DNA of 34,295 bases from Vicugna vicugna. Its lineage: Eukaryota. How positions within the stretch are numbered: position 1 is the first letter of the stretch; each line of letters starts with the position of its first letter. The stretch covers positions 186,001-220,295 of the forward strand of contig MU057403.1 of the NCBI GenBank assembly GCA_013265495.1, given 5' to 3'. Positions 1-12,402 of this stretch are shown piece by piece. The notes below the pieces were generated by a model, which saw nothing but the letters and a program-made list of their open reading frames with translations, did no database searches and was not told the DNA's origin. Both the position numbers and the translations under genes were made by a program.

Positions 1-159
1 CGTTATTTTTATTTTGCTGGTCAGTAAACTAACATGGCGATGTGCAGCCTGTTATCAGGATCAACACATTAAGAGTCATCTATACCTAGTCCAAAAGTGT
101 ATCAAATATTTAAAAGACAGCAACATCTCCATGAATATCCTTCCTTTGGAAACCACTTT

Positions 160-480
160 GAGGCACCGGCGCTGAGCATTCTGCTGGGTGTTGGGGTGCG
201 ACAATGAAGGGGCGACAGGGGGTTCCTGCCCTGAAAATGCTCACTGTCCGTGGAGGAAACAAACCTGTGAGCAGAAAATAACTGAGGTGAGAACCATAGC
301 CTAAATGAGATGGTAACACCCAGAACTTCTTCTTTGGGCTGTGGGAAGGATAGGGGTAATGAGGAGAGATGCTGGGGCGTCCGTGACATTTCAGGCGGAA
401 AAAAAGAAGCAAGGAGGGTGGAGTAGTGGTGAGAGTCTGGTGTGGCAGCACATAGAGGAAAGTGATGCTGGAAAAATTGG
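160..480 (-). mobile_element. Degenerate L2 LINE fragment
   Basis: Resembles the antisense L2 3' region (GGTTCCTGCCCTGAAAATGCTCACTGTCCGTGGAGGAAACAAAC). Boundaries approximate. Confidence 0.45.
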
Positions 481-552
481 CTGGGTCAGAACGACCACGT
501 CCCATGAAGGATTTGGCGGGTGTGTGTGTGTGTATTTAAAAAGGTGTTTTCT

Positions 553-1315
553 TTTTTTCTTTTTTTTAATTGAACTATAGTTGATGTACAATGTTGTGTT
601 AGTTTCTGGTTTGCAGCATGGTGATTCCGTTTTATACATATATATATGTGTATACATAGATATTCCTTTTCATATTCTTTTTCATGATAGATTATTACAA
701 GATATTGAATACAGTTCCCTATGCTATACAGTATAAACCTACTGTTTATCTATTCTATATATAGTAGCTTGTATCTGCAAATCCCGAACTCCCAATTTAT
801 CCCTGCCATCACCACCTGTCGCCCCTGGTAACCATAAGTTTGTTTTCTATGTCTGTGAGTCTGTTCCTATTTTGTAAATAAGTTCACTTGTGTCATTTTT
901 TTAGACTTCACATATGACTGATATCTTATGATATCTGTCTTTCTCTTTCTGGCTTACTTCATTTTTAGAATGACAATCTTAGGTCCATCCATGTGGCTAC
1001 AAATGGCATTATTTCATTCTTTTTTTATGGCTGAGTCGTATTTTGTTTTATGCATATACAAACCACAACTTCCATCCAGTCATCTGTCAATGGACATAGA
1101 GGTTGCTTCCACACCTTGGCTATTGTAAATAGTGCTGCTATGAACACTGGGATGCAGTATCTTTTTGAATTAGAGTTTCCTCCAGATATACACCCAGGAG
1201 TGGGATTGCTGGATCATATGATAACTTTATTTTCAGTTTTTTAAGGAATCTACATATTGTTTTCCACAGTGGCTGCACCAAATTACATTCCCACCAACAG
1301 TGTAGGAGGTTCCTG
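553..1315 (-). mobile_element. 5'-truncated L1 (ORF2 C-terminus, 3'UTR and poly(A)) with TSD
   Basis: T-rich tail at the left end. The ORF2 C-terminal peptide [41 protein letters not shown] is in ORF 1138-1344. TSD AAAAGGTGTTTTCT (539-552) / AAAACGTGTTTTCT (1316-1329), one mismatch. Confidence 0.93.
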
Positions 1316-3931
1316 AAAACGTGTTTTCTGAACAGAGGAGTCACTTGACCATTTGCAAAAAGACAAAGTGCTGGTGTGAAGGCCGGGCAGTGGTGTTAAC
1401 TGAGAGGCAGGGAAGCCACCTGGGAGCCACAGAGGAGGCTGAGCTGGAGGTGAGAGCCTCACTGGATCAGATGGTGCAGGAGTGATGGGAGAGCCCTGCA
1501 TCCACCCTGACTCCTCCCCTTCCTACCTACCTGCGTTTTCAGATGGCTCTCCTGTGCCGGATGTCTGACTGACACAAGCCAGTACTTCTCTCAGCTCCTC
1601 TCTCCCAAGGCCCTTTGCAGAAAGAAGGGGCCCCGTGGCCGTCTGGCTCTCCGGATGCACCTAGAATCCTAGGGATGGCTCTGAGGATTATCACCTCCCA
1701 CCCTCCCGTGGCAGGATAATTAGCCACTTCCTTGAGCTGTCTAGTTACTCTTTTTGAACTTGAATTTCAAATCCACTGCGGTAGAGCAGAAGTCCTCTCA
1801 AATGAAAGAAGAGACTTGGAAGAAGGGTGGCAAGAATACGAAAGGCTTGGCAGAAAACATCTGAGCAGTGGTTCTGTTGCCAACTATTTCTAATATCATC
1901 TAATTGACATCAATTTTCCTTATCATCCCTGAGCAAAACTTCTATTTAAATGATACTAGAGACGTATCAGATTTCAGCCTCCAACGCTCAGACCTGAGTC
2001 ATCTGGCGCTACAGTGCATTATAATTTCTTTCACAAATTTTGTGTATTAATAGGGATTGTGATCTGAGCCTTTGAAGACAGTGGTTGAATAAAAACAGCC
2101 TGGCTCTCAGGGAAAAGGACTCTTGCTGAGTCTATAATTCCATTTTAAATGCTCAATTTTTATTTCCATGTATGGTAATTTAAAACTGACACTCACTTTA
2201 TATTTCTCACCTATAATCTTCCTCTGGTTCCCAATCTCTTTTCACTTTTACCTTCAAAGATAACACGAAGCATGTAAGCATTCATGTGATGTGCCCTGCT
2301 GTTCTCCACCACCTGGAACGCTGGGGTAACTGGCTGTGCTTTCTTTGAGCAGGAGGGAGGTGATGCCTGTCATCCTCTGCCCATAATGAGCGCAACTCCA
2401 TGTAAAGGAAAGAGTCACCGTGTTAACCTTGTTCATTGAATGCTTACTGTGCAGATCACGGTAGAGACATAGTCCTATTGGCTGCCTTCTAGGGACACAA
2501 CACAGACACAAGTCAGACCTGAGAACGTGTCCGGAGTGAGCGGGACAGGTCAGGGCTGGGAAGGGCTACCCTGTCCACAGTCCTCCATCCCCCTCCTCCA
2601 GCCACATCTGGACAAACAGGCACTGGGCCACAGGACGTCCAGCCATCTAGTATGGTCTGGCATAACCTGGGCCAACTACTTCCTCACCCTCAGCAATTTG
2701 AAGTAAGAAATATGGGGGAGACTTTGATAAGTGGAATTAAAAGAGGCCATGATTTTGAGTCAGGATCAGAGTGACTCAAACTGTGCTAGAACTACCCCTG
2801 GCATGTTGTTGAACTCCGTAATGATTGAGTGAACACCTGAATGAGGGAAGAATGAATGAATGAACGAACAAATGGAAGCCAAACAGTGAGGGGACAGAAG
2901 AATGAGCAGAGCAAGGGGGCCAGAGAGTGAGGCAATGGAACAGATCAACAGATGGAAGCCCGCCAAGAAAGACCAGTCCCCAGTTCACCTGTATTGTTAC
3001 AAAATGAGGTCTTTGTCCCTGGCAACCAAGAGGGCTTGAGTATAAGACAAAGGAATACGTTTTAGAGCAGAGGCCAAATATCATACAAAAACATTTATGT
3101 ACTGGATGATTCGGAGAAGAGGATTAAAAAAAAAATCAAAGTACAGTTGATCAGAGAGGTGATCTTCTCAGAAAAGGTGAATTTGGGCCTGTGCTTTTTA
3201 TTGACGCAAAACAGTATCTATATATGGTTGCAGCAGCCTTCTCTGTGTAATTACACTTGAAAAATAGTTCTAAGAATTTTCATGATGCAGTGAGTTGGGG
3301 AGAGCGGTGGGAGAGAGAAGCACTGGATTTTTGTTGTAAAATATCGTAGTTGTAGATTTAAATTTAAGTTAAAAATTCAGAAAGGTACTCATCAAACTGT
3401 TAACAGCGTTATCCCCGGGGAATGGGTGAGGTGAGGTGCAGGGGTTTTCATGGGTTTTAAAAAATTAATATCGGCATAGTTGGAATATTTCACAAGCATA
3501 AAAATTAGAAGATAATTTTAGACTAATAGAAGTCAATGAAACAAAGAGGTTCCAGCTTAATAAAAACTTTGTTGCTCTGTTTAAAAAAAAAATCTTTCCT
3601 CCATGAATTTCTGTTCCCTCACTTCCAAACAGAAACCAAAGCCACCTAGCGCCTCGGTGGCTGTACTGAAGAGCAGGGAGATGGCCAGAGGCAAGCAGGA
3701 GACGGGGATGCCCTGAGGGACCGTCTTCTGGCTGGGCAGTTGGGGTTGAGGGTGAATGTCTTCTCCTGATCTCACGGGAGACTGCGAAGAGGCATGGCCT
3801 TCCCCCTTCAGCCCCAGATTAAGGATTTTCCTCACTCTCCTTCTCCGAGGGAGGAGCAGGAATCTCCTCCTTCGTGTGAAACACCTTTTGACCCCTCCCT
3901 GTGGTGACTGCAGACTGGGTTCTCCTGTAAA

Positions 3932-4040
3932 ACCACAAGCTCCTTGAAAGCAGAGACCGTCTTTGTACCATCACGTCTCAGCACAGTGCCGGGCACACAG
4001 TAGGCCCTTAATACACACGTGGGGCAGGAATGAATAAACA
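3932..4040 (+). mobile_element. L2 3'-end fragment
   Basis: AAGCTCCTTGAAAGCAGAGACCGTC...CAGCACAGTGCCGGGCACACAGTAGGCCCTTAATA...GAATGAATAAA is a typical L2 terminus. Confidence 0.75.
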
Positions 4041-5734
4041 GGTGAAGGGTAAGAGAAGTGGCAGGTGGCAGGGGGAATGCGCCAGGCTGTGGTTAACTTG
4101 TCTTTCATTCCAAGGGAATGCGGTCTATTACACTGACCTCTCAGAAGGAGAGATCGTGTACCACCTGTCCCAATACAATCTGTTCACTCAGCCCGTGGGT
4201 TTCAATTTCCTTGCATGGTCCCAATTGCAGCCACAGTGTCTCCTTCCTCCAGAGCCATGGTTCCAAGGACAAAGCCCCTTGGGTATTGCAGAGTTTCTTA
4301 ATCTCACGATGCACGTTATGCCTCCTGCAAGCATTCACAATGACTTTACAGATCTCAGTGCTACAGTATCTTCCCCGAACTTTCCGACCCATGTGCCCTC
4401 AAGAATGCGTATTCCATAATGGATTTGAATCACTAATGAAGGAGGCTGGAGAGGACGGTCTGGTATTTGTCTAGTCCAAGGCATAGCCTTCAATTATTTC
4501 AGGGTCCTCAGCCCTTCCAAAGTTTCATTTGTCTAAACTTTCCATAACAGATTGGGACACAGGGAAGGTTCCCTCATGAGAGATAGAGCAACTAGTTAGC
4601 TTGCCAAAGATGATGAATGACATTATGCCCACATTCATCTCCTGGGAGGAAATAATGCCAGATCTCTGACTCAAAGATGAAGACAAAGGGATTGAGAGAT
4701 GGTTTAGAATCACCTACCCTTCAGCTGGGAGCAATTTATGCCAATCCTGAGTCTTTCCCTTCTAAGTCCCCGGATGAGTCTGCCATGCAACTGCACTGCC
4801 AGTAATTAGAAGGACAGGGAGGGAGACATTTTCAAACCATCCACATTCTTTACTTGGATCTGTCCAAGACTGATTCGAAGAACTCTGCCCCTGAGTCTGC
4901 TTTTTAATGCTGGGTTTAACAACTTCCTGGTAGGAAACAGATTTGGTTTTCTGAAGCTGGGTCTGTGGTGGAAAGACTGAGTCTTGCGGTTAGAATTCAC
5001 TTCCACGTAGGAGTGTTGATGCAGTGTTTTTTATTTTAGTAAGCAGAAGATATCACGCTGTCCAGGGTAACACCTGTTCTCCACACTTCCAACTGTCATT
5101 TCCTTCCTGCAGGCAGGAAGTCAAAAATTGAAAGTCTCTTAAATTGTTAGTAAGATCATTTGGTATCTCAAGGTTTGTTCATTGTTTTCAGTGTTTCATT
5201 CTGTGAAACAAAATGTACAAACTTCCAGGAATGTTCTGGCATATCCGCGGTTTGTTTCCTGTGATCGTGTGCTGTTGATGTGCAAAAGGCAGAAGCTGGT
5301 GGCAATGAAACTGCTCTTGGGATCAAGCTGGATCTAAGGAGAGCACACGGAAGAGGCAAAAAGCTTGTCCCTGCATCTAATTTGCTGATTATTCATAATT
5401 TCCAAAGAGTGTTTCCAAAATACATTCCTGATGCTCATGAGAAGATGTCATCAAATAAACCACTTGAAGTGAACTCAGATTATGTCACCATCTGATATAT
5501 GCCCCTTCTTACCAATGTTATCCTGTCAGAGTCCAAACTGCACTAAATTTATATTATAGTAAAAGGATTAATTTCATCTCTCTGGCTATTTATAAATAAG
5601 CAACTTTGTACGAGCAAAGACGATAGCATATCCACTGTTGTACCCTTTTATTATCCAGTATTTATCTAGTGACTCTATTCTTGAAATTAACAAAATGTAT
5701 GGAATGTCCTCACTGTTTAAAAATAACGGTGCTC

Positions 5735-5871
5735 ACAAGGGGAAATATATACAAGATCACGGTGGAAAAGAATATGAAAATGAATATATGTATATTCATG
5801 TATGATTGAAAAATTGTTCTGTACACCAGAAATTGATGCAACATTGTAAACTGAATATAACTTAGTTTAAA
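5735..5871 (+). mobile_element. Short camelid-type L1 3'-end insertion with TSD
   Basis: Same tail motif as 13030-13212 (GAAAATGAATATATGTATATTCATGTATGA...CCAGAAATTGATGCAACATTGTAAACTGA). TSD AACGGTGCTC (5725-5734) / AATGGTGCTC (5872-5881). Confidence 0.85.
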
Positions 5872-5924
5872 AATGGTGCTCTCTTGTAATATGTTTTTCT
5901 ATTATATTTGTCCAGATCTCAGAC

Positions 5925-5970
5925 AGGAATGAAGGAAGGAAGCAAGGAAGGAAGGAAGAAAGAGAGGGAA
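5925..5970 (+). repeat. Imperfect (GGAA)n purine-rich tract
   Basis: GGAATGAAGGAAGGAAGCAAGGAAGGAAGGAAGAAAGAGAGGGAA. Confidence 0.8.
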
Positions 5971-6674
5971 AATTAAAACTTCCCCACTCCACTACATAAT
6001 CATCACACAAATTGTGCAGTGGTATATAAATGGGAGCTAAGAATCAGAAATTTAAAGAAAACAGGAAATTACTTCATTCTTTACAATTGCTCAGGTTTTA
6101 TTTTTTAAGGGATTACAATAATCTAGTTGGTCTTTCAGTATTCCAAAGTGACAAATTTAAGCAAAGAAATAAAATCCATCTAAATGTAGATGTAGCCCTA
6201 ATTAATACATGTATTTTCAACCCAAAGTTCATCAGAATGATTTAACCCAAATTTCCCAACTCTTCACAGTTAAGTACATGACGATAACTTGGCAGCTGTC
6301 CAACTGTTCCTTACTTAATATAAAATAACTTGAAAACAATGCTAGTGGACATACCCATATCCTCACAAAGTACACAGAAATGACAATTATCCAGTTACTT
6401 TGGTTAACGTAGCTTGACCAAATCTCCAAGCGATTTGCCGAAATGTAGTGTTCCCTAACTCCACTGCACGATGTAGATTTGTTTGGGTTTGTTTTGATCA
6501 CGGTTTTTAAGTGGACATTTTTAAAGATATGGTGGGTTTGGGAACCTTCTGATCTAAATTACCACTTAGACTTTAAGGTACATGATTAATACATCATCTT
6601 ATGCTATGTACATTTGGCCCATTTAGTCTGATAAACAGTTAATGAAGTAAATCAGCTTATCTCATCTCTATCAA

Positions 6675-7090
6675 AAGAGCCCCACTGGCTTCCCATCTCA
6701 TTTAAGGTAAAAGCCCAAGGCTTTATCAGAATTTTCAAGGCCTTATCACCCACCACATTTCTCTCTCAAAATTTTAACCAATTTTGATCTCTGTTATATA
6801 CCACATGCTTGGTACATAGTACTAACTCAGTCATTATTCAGTGAATGAGTAAGTGATGGAATGAATTCACAAATGAACTGAGTGGACTCTCTAGGCTACT
6901 ATGCTGATGAAGGGATACAAAGATGACCAAGACATGCTCTCTGCCCTTACAAGCTTACTACCTGGTTGAAGAGACAGACATAGCTGTAAGTAATGTCAAT
7001 ACAAGTGCAATGAGAGATGTATGTTCAAGTCATCATGGGTGCAAAGAGGAGAGGCACATGGTCAACCTAGAGGTTCAGGTTAAGTTTCCT
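6675..7090. mobile_element. Degenerate L2 fragments in both orientations
   Basis: A + strand piece (CACTGGCTTCCCATCTCATTTAAGGTAAAAGCCCAA...GAATGAGTAAGTGATGGAATGAAT), then an antisense piece (GGGATACAAAGATGACCAAGACATGCTCTCTGCCCTTACAAGCTTAC). Confidence 0.6.
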
Positions 7091-7522
7091 GAATAAAAGC
7101 AGCAACACTCTCTAGCTCAATAAACTGGTTTAGCTAGAGAAATATAATACTCTTCCAAGGTCCTAATAGAATATACTTTTAGATTTCCCCCAAGGTGTGA
7201 CATCAGCAAGATGGTGGAATGAGAAGTCCCCAGCCCTAGTCTCCCAACAGAAACACCAATTTAGCAACTCTCCATGGACAAGAACGCCTTGGTGAGAATT
7301 CCGGAACCCAGTGAAGAGGTTACAGTACCCTGGCAGAGCGTGAAAACTGAGAAGAAGCACATGAGAAAGGATAAGAAGAACAGTTTCATTTTGCATTGCC
7401 GTCCCCCAGGCCAGCACAGCACAGCAACCAGAAGGATCCCTCTTGGCCCATGATGTCTCTAGTGGAGAAAAGAGAGACGAAGGTGTGTATCTTTCCCAGC
7501 ATTCAGGGCACTGCCTAGGAGG

Positions 7523-8248
7523 CCCACTTCTGGGTGTATATATCCAAAAAAAAGAAAAAGAAGAAATCACTGTCTCAAAGAAATATTTGCCCTTCTGCTT
7601 TCCCTGCAGCATTACCCACAACAGCCAAGACATGGAAGCCAACTAAGTGTCTCCAACAACAGGTGAATGAATAAAGAATATGCGATACAGATATACAATG
7701 GAATATTATTCAACCATGAAAAAAGAAAAGTCTGACTTTTGCAACAATGTGGATGGACCTTGAGAGCATTATGCCAAGTGAAATAAGGCAGACAGAGAAA
7801 GAGAAATAATATATGTCCTCATTTGTATATAGAACCTAAAAAAGCCTAATTCATAGAATACAGTCTAGAATGGTAGTTTCCACAGGCTGAGGGTTGGGGA
7901 AAACGAGGAGATGCTGATCAAAGGGTACAAATTTCCAGTCAGATGATGAATAAGTTCTGGGGATCTAATGCACCACATGGTGACTATAGTTAACAATACT
8001 GTGCTACATACTTGAAGGTTGCTAAGAAAGTGGATCTTAGGTGTTACCACAACAACAACAAAAAATGGTAAGTATGTGAGGTGATGAAGGTGCTAATCAA
8101 ATTCATTGTGGCAATCATTCATTTTAAAATATATATACATGTATCAAATCATCATATTGTATACCTTAAACTTACACAATGTTGTATTATTTCCCAATGA
8201 AACTAGGAAAAACTGTATCCCAACTATATCTCAATAAAGCTGAGAAAA
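7523..8248 (+). mobile_element. L1 3' fragment (L1MA9-like)
   Basis: CCCACTTCTGGGTGTATATCC, then ATGGACCTTGAGAGCATTATGCCAAGTGAAATAAG, then GAATAAGTTCTGGGGATCTAATG, ending TATCTCAATAAAGCTG. Confidence 0.85.
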
Positions 8249-9075
8249 TGAGAAATTCAACAAAGAAAAACAGAAAACATAACCTCCCCCTCAAATCCTA
8301 GAACTGAGTAACACAAAGACTGCACTGAAAAATTCAAGAAAGAGCTTCAACAGCAGACTCTATCAAGCAGAGAAAGAATGAGTCAACAGAAAGACATCAT
8401 TTGAAATTATCTGGTCAGAAAAAACAAAATTTTTTAAAGAGTGAAGAAAAGCCACGAGCTCTGTAGGACATATAAAGTGAAACAATGTGGAAGCTCCAGA
8501 GGAGAAGAGAGGAAAAAAGGATGGAAAGTTTATATAAAGAAATAATGGCTGAAAAATTTTCCAGATCTGGGGCGGGAAACAGACATCGTGACAGTCTACA
8601 GGCAGGCAAGTTGAATCCTAAAGAGGTCTGCTCTAAGACACATCGTAATTACAACACATCATAATTAAACTGTCAAAAGTCAAAGACAAAACAGAATTTT
8701 GTAAGTAGCAAGAGTACAAGACTCAACACATACAAGAGAATCCCCATAAGTTTAACAGTAGATTTTGCATCTGAAACCTTGTGGGCCAGAAGAAAGTGTA
8801 ATGATGTATCTGAAGTACTGAAAGAAAAAAAAAAAAACTGCTAACCAAGAACACTAGACCTGGCAAAACTGTCCTTCAAAAATTAAGGAAAGATACTTTC
8901 CCAGACAAACAAAAGGAGTTTGTCCCCACAAGATCTGTCTTAACAAGAAGTGCTAAAGGGAATTCTTCAAGTTGAAATGAGTAGATGTTAAACTGCAACA
9001 CAAAATCATATAAAAGTACAAATCTCACCAGTAGAGATATATAGGCAAATATATACAGAATATTGTACTATTTCA

Positions 9076-12000
9076 AATAGTCAAATGGTTAGATTTTCTG
9101 GTCAAGAAGTGGAGCAGCAGGACCACGAGCTCACCTCTCCTTGAGACTACAGCAAAACCACAACTGACTGCAAAACCACCACTGAAAATAAAAGACTGGA
9201 ACCTAGCAAAAAAGATCTTCTTCAACTGGAAACAAAGAAGCAACCACAGCGGGATGGTAGGAGGGGTGCACTCACAATAAAATCAGGCCCCATACCCTCA
9301 AGGTGGGCTCCCCAGCCCGGGGTTCCGGCATTTGGAGGAGGAGGAGACCCCAGGACATCTGGTTTTGAAGGCCAGTGGGGCTTAAATCCAAGATCCCCAA
9401 AGGGCTGGGGGAAACAGAGACTCCGCTCTCTTGGGAAGCATACACAGAATCTCACCTACGCCAGGTCCAGGGGCAGAGGCAGTGGCTCACTGAGGGGACA
9501 TAAAAGCTGGTGGCAGGCATTCCAGGAGTGTTCATCTACATAAGCTTTCCTGGAAGCTGACATCTTGATTGGATCATTGGCACAAACACCTAGCCCCACC
9601 CAGCAGGCTGTAGGTTTAAGGGCTGGGAAGCCTCAGGCCGAGCAACATACTGGGTGTGAACACAGTCCCACCCGTCAGCAGACTTCCTGAGTCACAAACA
9701 CCTCTAGACGTGGCCCTACCCACCAGAGGTCCAGGACCAGGCTTCACCCAGCAGTGGGCAGGCACCAACTCCTCCTGCCAGGAAAACTGCACAAGCCTCT
9801 TGTCCAGCCTCATCCACCAGGGGGCAGATACCAGAAATAAGAAAACAACAATCTCAAAGCCTTTGGAAGGAATCCACAAACACAGGCCACTCTACCCTGG
9901 GACCGGCTGGACCCCAACCCTTGGGTGACAAGAGAGTGTCCTGCTGGGACACATAGGACGTCTCCCACAGAGGGCCACCTCTCCAAGGTCGAGAAATGTA
10001 ACTAACCTACCTTAAAATACAAATGGAAAGACAGACAATATGAGGCAGGAGAGGAATATCTCCCAGGCCCAGGCACAAGATAAAATCCCAGAAAAAGAAA
10101 GTGATAAGGAGATAGGCAATTTATTTTGGCAATTTATTTGAGAAAAGAGTTTAAAGTAATGATGGTGAAGATGTTTAGAGAACTCAAGAGAAGTACAAAT
10201 GCACTGAGTGAAGTTTTTAGCAGAACTGGAAAATATAAAGAATACTTAAACATTACTGAAGAATAAAATTACTGAAATAAATAACACACTAGAAGGAACC
10301 AAGAATAGACTAAATGATGTAGAAGATCAGTTACCTAGAAGACAGATTATTAGAAATCATTACTGCAGAACAGAAAAAAGAAAAAAGAATCAAAAGAAAT
10401 GAGGATAGTTTAAGAGAACTCTGGGACAACATGAAGATCACTAATGTTTACATTATAGGGGTCCCAGAAAGAGAAGAAAAGGCCTGAGAAAAATTTTGAA
10501 GAGATAACCAAAAACTTCCCCAACTTGGGAAAGAAAATAGTCACCCAAGTCCAGGAAGTACAGAGAGTTCCACAAAGGATCAGTCCAAAGAGGAACACAC
10601 CAAGGCACACAGTCATCAACTTGACCAAAATTAGAGATAAGCAGAAAGTATTAAAATCAGAAAGAGAAAAGCAACAAATAACATACAAGGGAACTCCCAG
10701 AAGGTTATCAGTTGGTTTTTCAGTAGAAACTCTGCAGTCCAGAGAGGAGTGGCACGATACATTAAATGTGATGAAAAGGAAAAACTTACAACCAAGAATA
10801 CTCTGTCCAGCAAGGATCTAGTTCAGATTTGCTGGAGAAATCAAAAGCTTCACAGATAAACAAAAGCCCAAAGAATTCAGCACCACCAAACCAGCTTTAC
10901 AACAAAAGTTAAAGGAACTTCTCTAGTCAAAGCACAAAAAGAAAGAGGTTAAAAAAAAACCTACAAAAGATTGCTTTGGCAATTCAGGGCCTTTTGTCAT
11001 TCCATGTACATTTTGGAATTGTTTGTTCTAGTTCTGTGAAAAATGTCATGAGTATTTTGACAGGGTTGTGTTGGATCTGTAGATTGCTTAGAGTAGTACG
11101 GCCATTTTGATAATGTGGATTCTTCCAATCCAAGAGCACAAGATATCTTTCCATTTCTTTGTATCATCTTCAGAGTTCCTTCGTCAATGTTTTATAATTT
11201 TCAGAGTATAAGTAACATCCTCCGTTAAGTTTATTCATAGGTATTTTGTTGTTTTTGATGCAAAGGAAATGTTTATGACAGTTATAAAATTCTGGTTTTT
11301 GAAGTTAAAAAGTGAATGAAGGGCTGCAAATGGCATATCCTTTTTTATGGATGAGTTGTATTCCATTATATATATATGCTGCATCTTCTTTATCCATTCA
11401 TCTATTGATGTGCACTTAGGATGCTTCCGTATCTTGGCAATTATAAATAATGTTGCTGTTAATAGTAAGGTGTATGTATCTTTTTGAATTAATGTTTTTG
11501 AATTAATGTTTTTTCTCAGATATATGCCCAATAGTGGAATTGCTGGGCCATATGGTGTTTCTATTTTTAGGTTTTTGAGAAACCTCCATATTGCTTTCCA
11601 TAGTGGCTGCACCCATTTACATTCCCACCAACAGTATACAAGGGTTCTGTTTCCTCCACATCCTTGCCACCATCTGTTACTTATATTCTTTTTGATGATG
11701 GCTCTTCTGACAGATGTGAGATGATAATCTCATTGTGATTCTGATTTGCATTTCCCTGATATTTGTGATGTTGAGCAACTTTTCCTATTCCTGTTGGCCA
11801 TCTGCCATCTAATTTGCATTTCCCTGATATTTGTGATGTTGAGCAACTTTTCCTATTCCTGTTGGCCATCTGCATTTCCTTTTAGAAAAATGTCTGTTCA
11901 ATTCTTCTGCCCACATTTTAAATAGGTTGTTTGTTTGCTTTTTAATTGAAGTACAGTTGATTTAAAATGCTGCATTAACTTCTGGTGACAGCATGGATGA

Positions 12001-12402
12001 CCTAGGAGGGCCTTATGCTAAGTGAAATAAGTCAGACAGAGAAAGACAAATATTTAATATATCATTTACATGTGGAAACTAAAAAAATACAACAAACTAG
12101 TGAATACAACAAAAAAGAAACCTCACGGATGTAAAGAAGGATCCAGTGGTTATCAGTGGGGAGAAAGGAAGGGGGAGGGGCAAGATGGAGGTGGAGGATT
12201 AAGAGATATAAACTATCAGGTATAAAATAAGCTACAAGGATGTATTGTACAACATGGGGAATATAACCAATATTTTGTAATAACTATAAATGGAGTATAA
12301 CCTTAAAAAATTGTGAATTGCTACATTATATACCTGTAACATATAATATTATACATCAACTGTACTTCAATTTAAAAATATGATATTGTAAATACATAAA
12401 GA
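9076..12402 (+). mobile_element. Rearranged L1 (5'UTR and ORF1 forward, ORF2 pieces inverted, 3'UTR forward) bounded by a perfect 17-bp TSD
   Basis: AATATTGTACTATTTCA at 9059-9075 and 12403-12419. Decayed ORF1 ~10040-10926 (QVQEVQRVPQRISPKRNTPRHTVINLTKIRDK...LQPRILCPARI). Minus-strand ORF2 at ~10967-11272 and 11323-11940 (QPLWKAIWRFLKNLKIETPYGPAIPLLGIY). Forward ORF2 end and 3'UTR at 11992-12402. Confidence 0.88.
11740..11875. repeat. 68-bp-period tandem duplication with a 62-nt identical core
   Basis: ATTTGCATTTCCCTGATATTTGTGATGTTGAGCAACTTTTCCTATTCCTGTTGGCCATCTGC at 11744-11805 and 11812-11873. Confidence 0.95.

Noticed and set aside
4030..4474. Overlapping 129-aa and 118-aa ORFs
   Set aside because: No recognisable protein similarity, and the first ORF starts in an L2 tail. 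Consistent with chance.
1..7000. First exon of TMEM236, the gene I recall lying next to STAM in human
   Set aside because: No minus-strand ORF resembles its N-terminus; it probably lies outside the window.
7163..7642. Longest ORF in the track (159 aa)
   Set aside because: Antisense reading across the junction of two L1 fragments.
10525..11612. L1 ORF1 and ORF2 peptides as functional genes
   Set aside because: Broken by frameshifts, stop codons and inversions; the element cannot be active.
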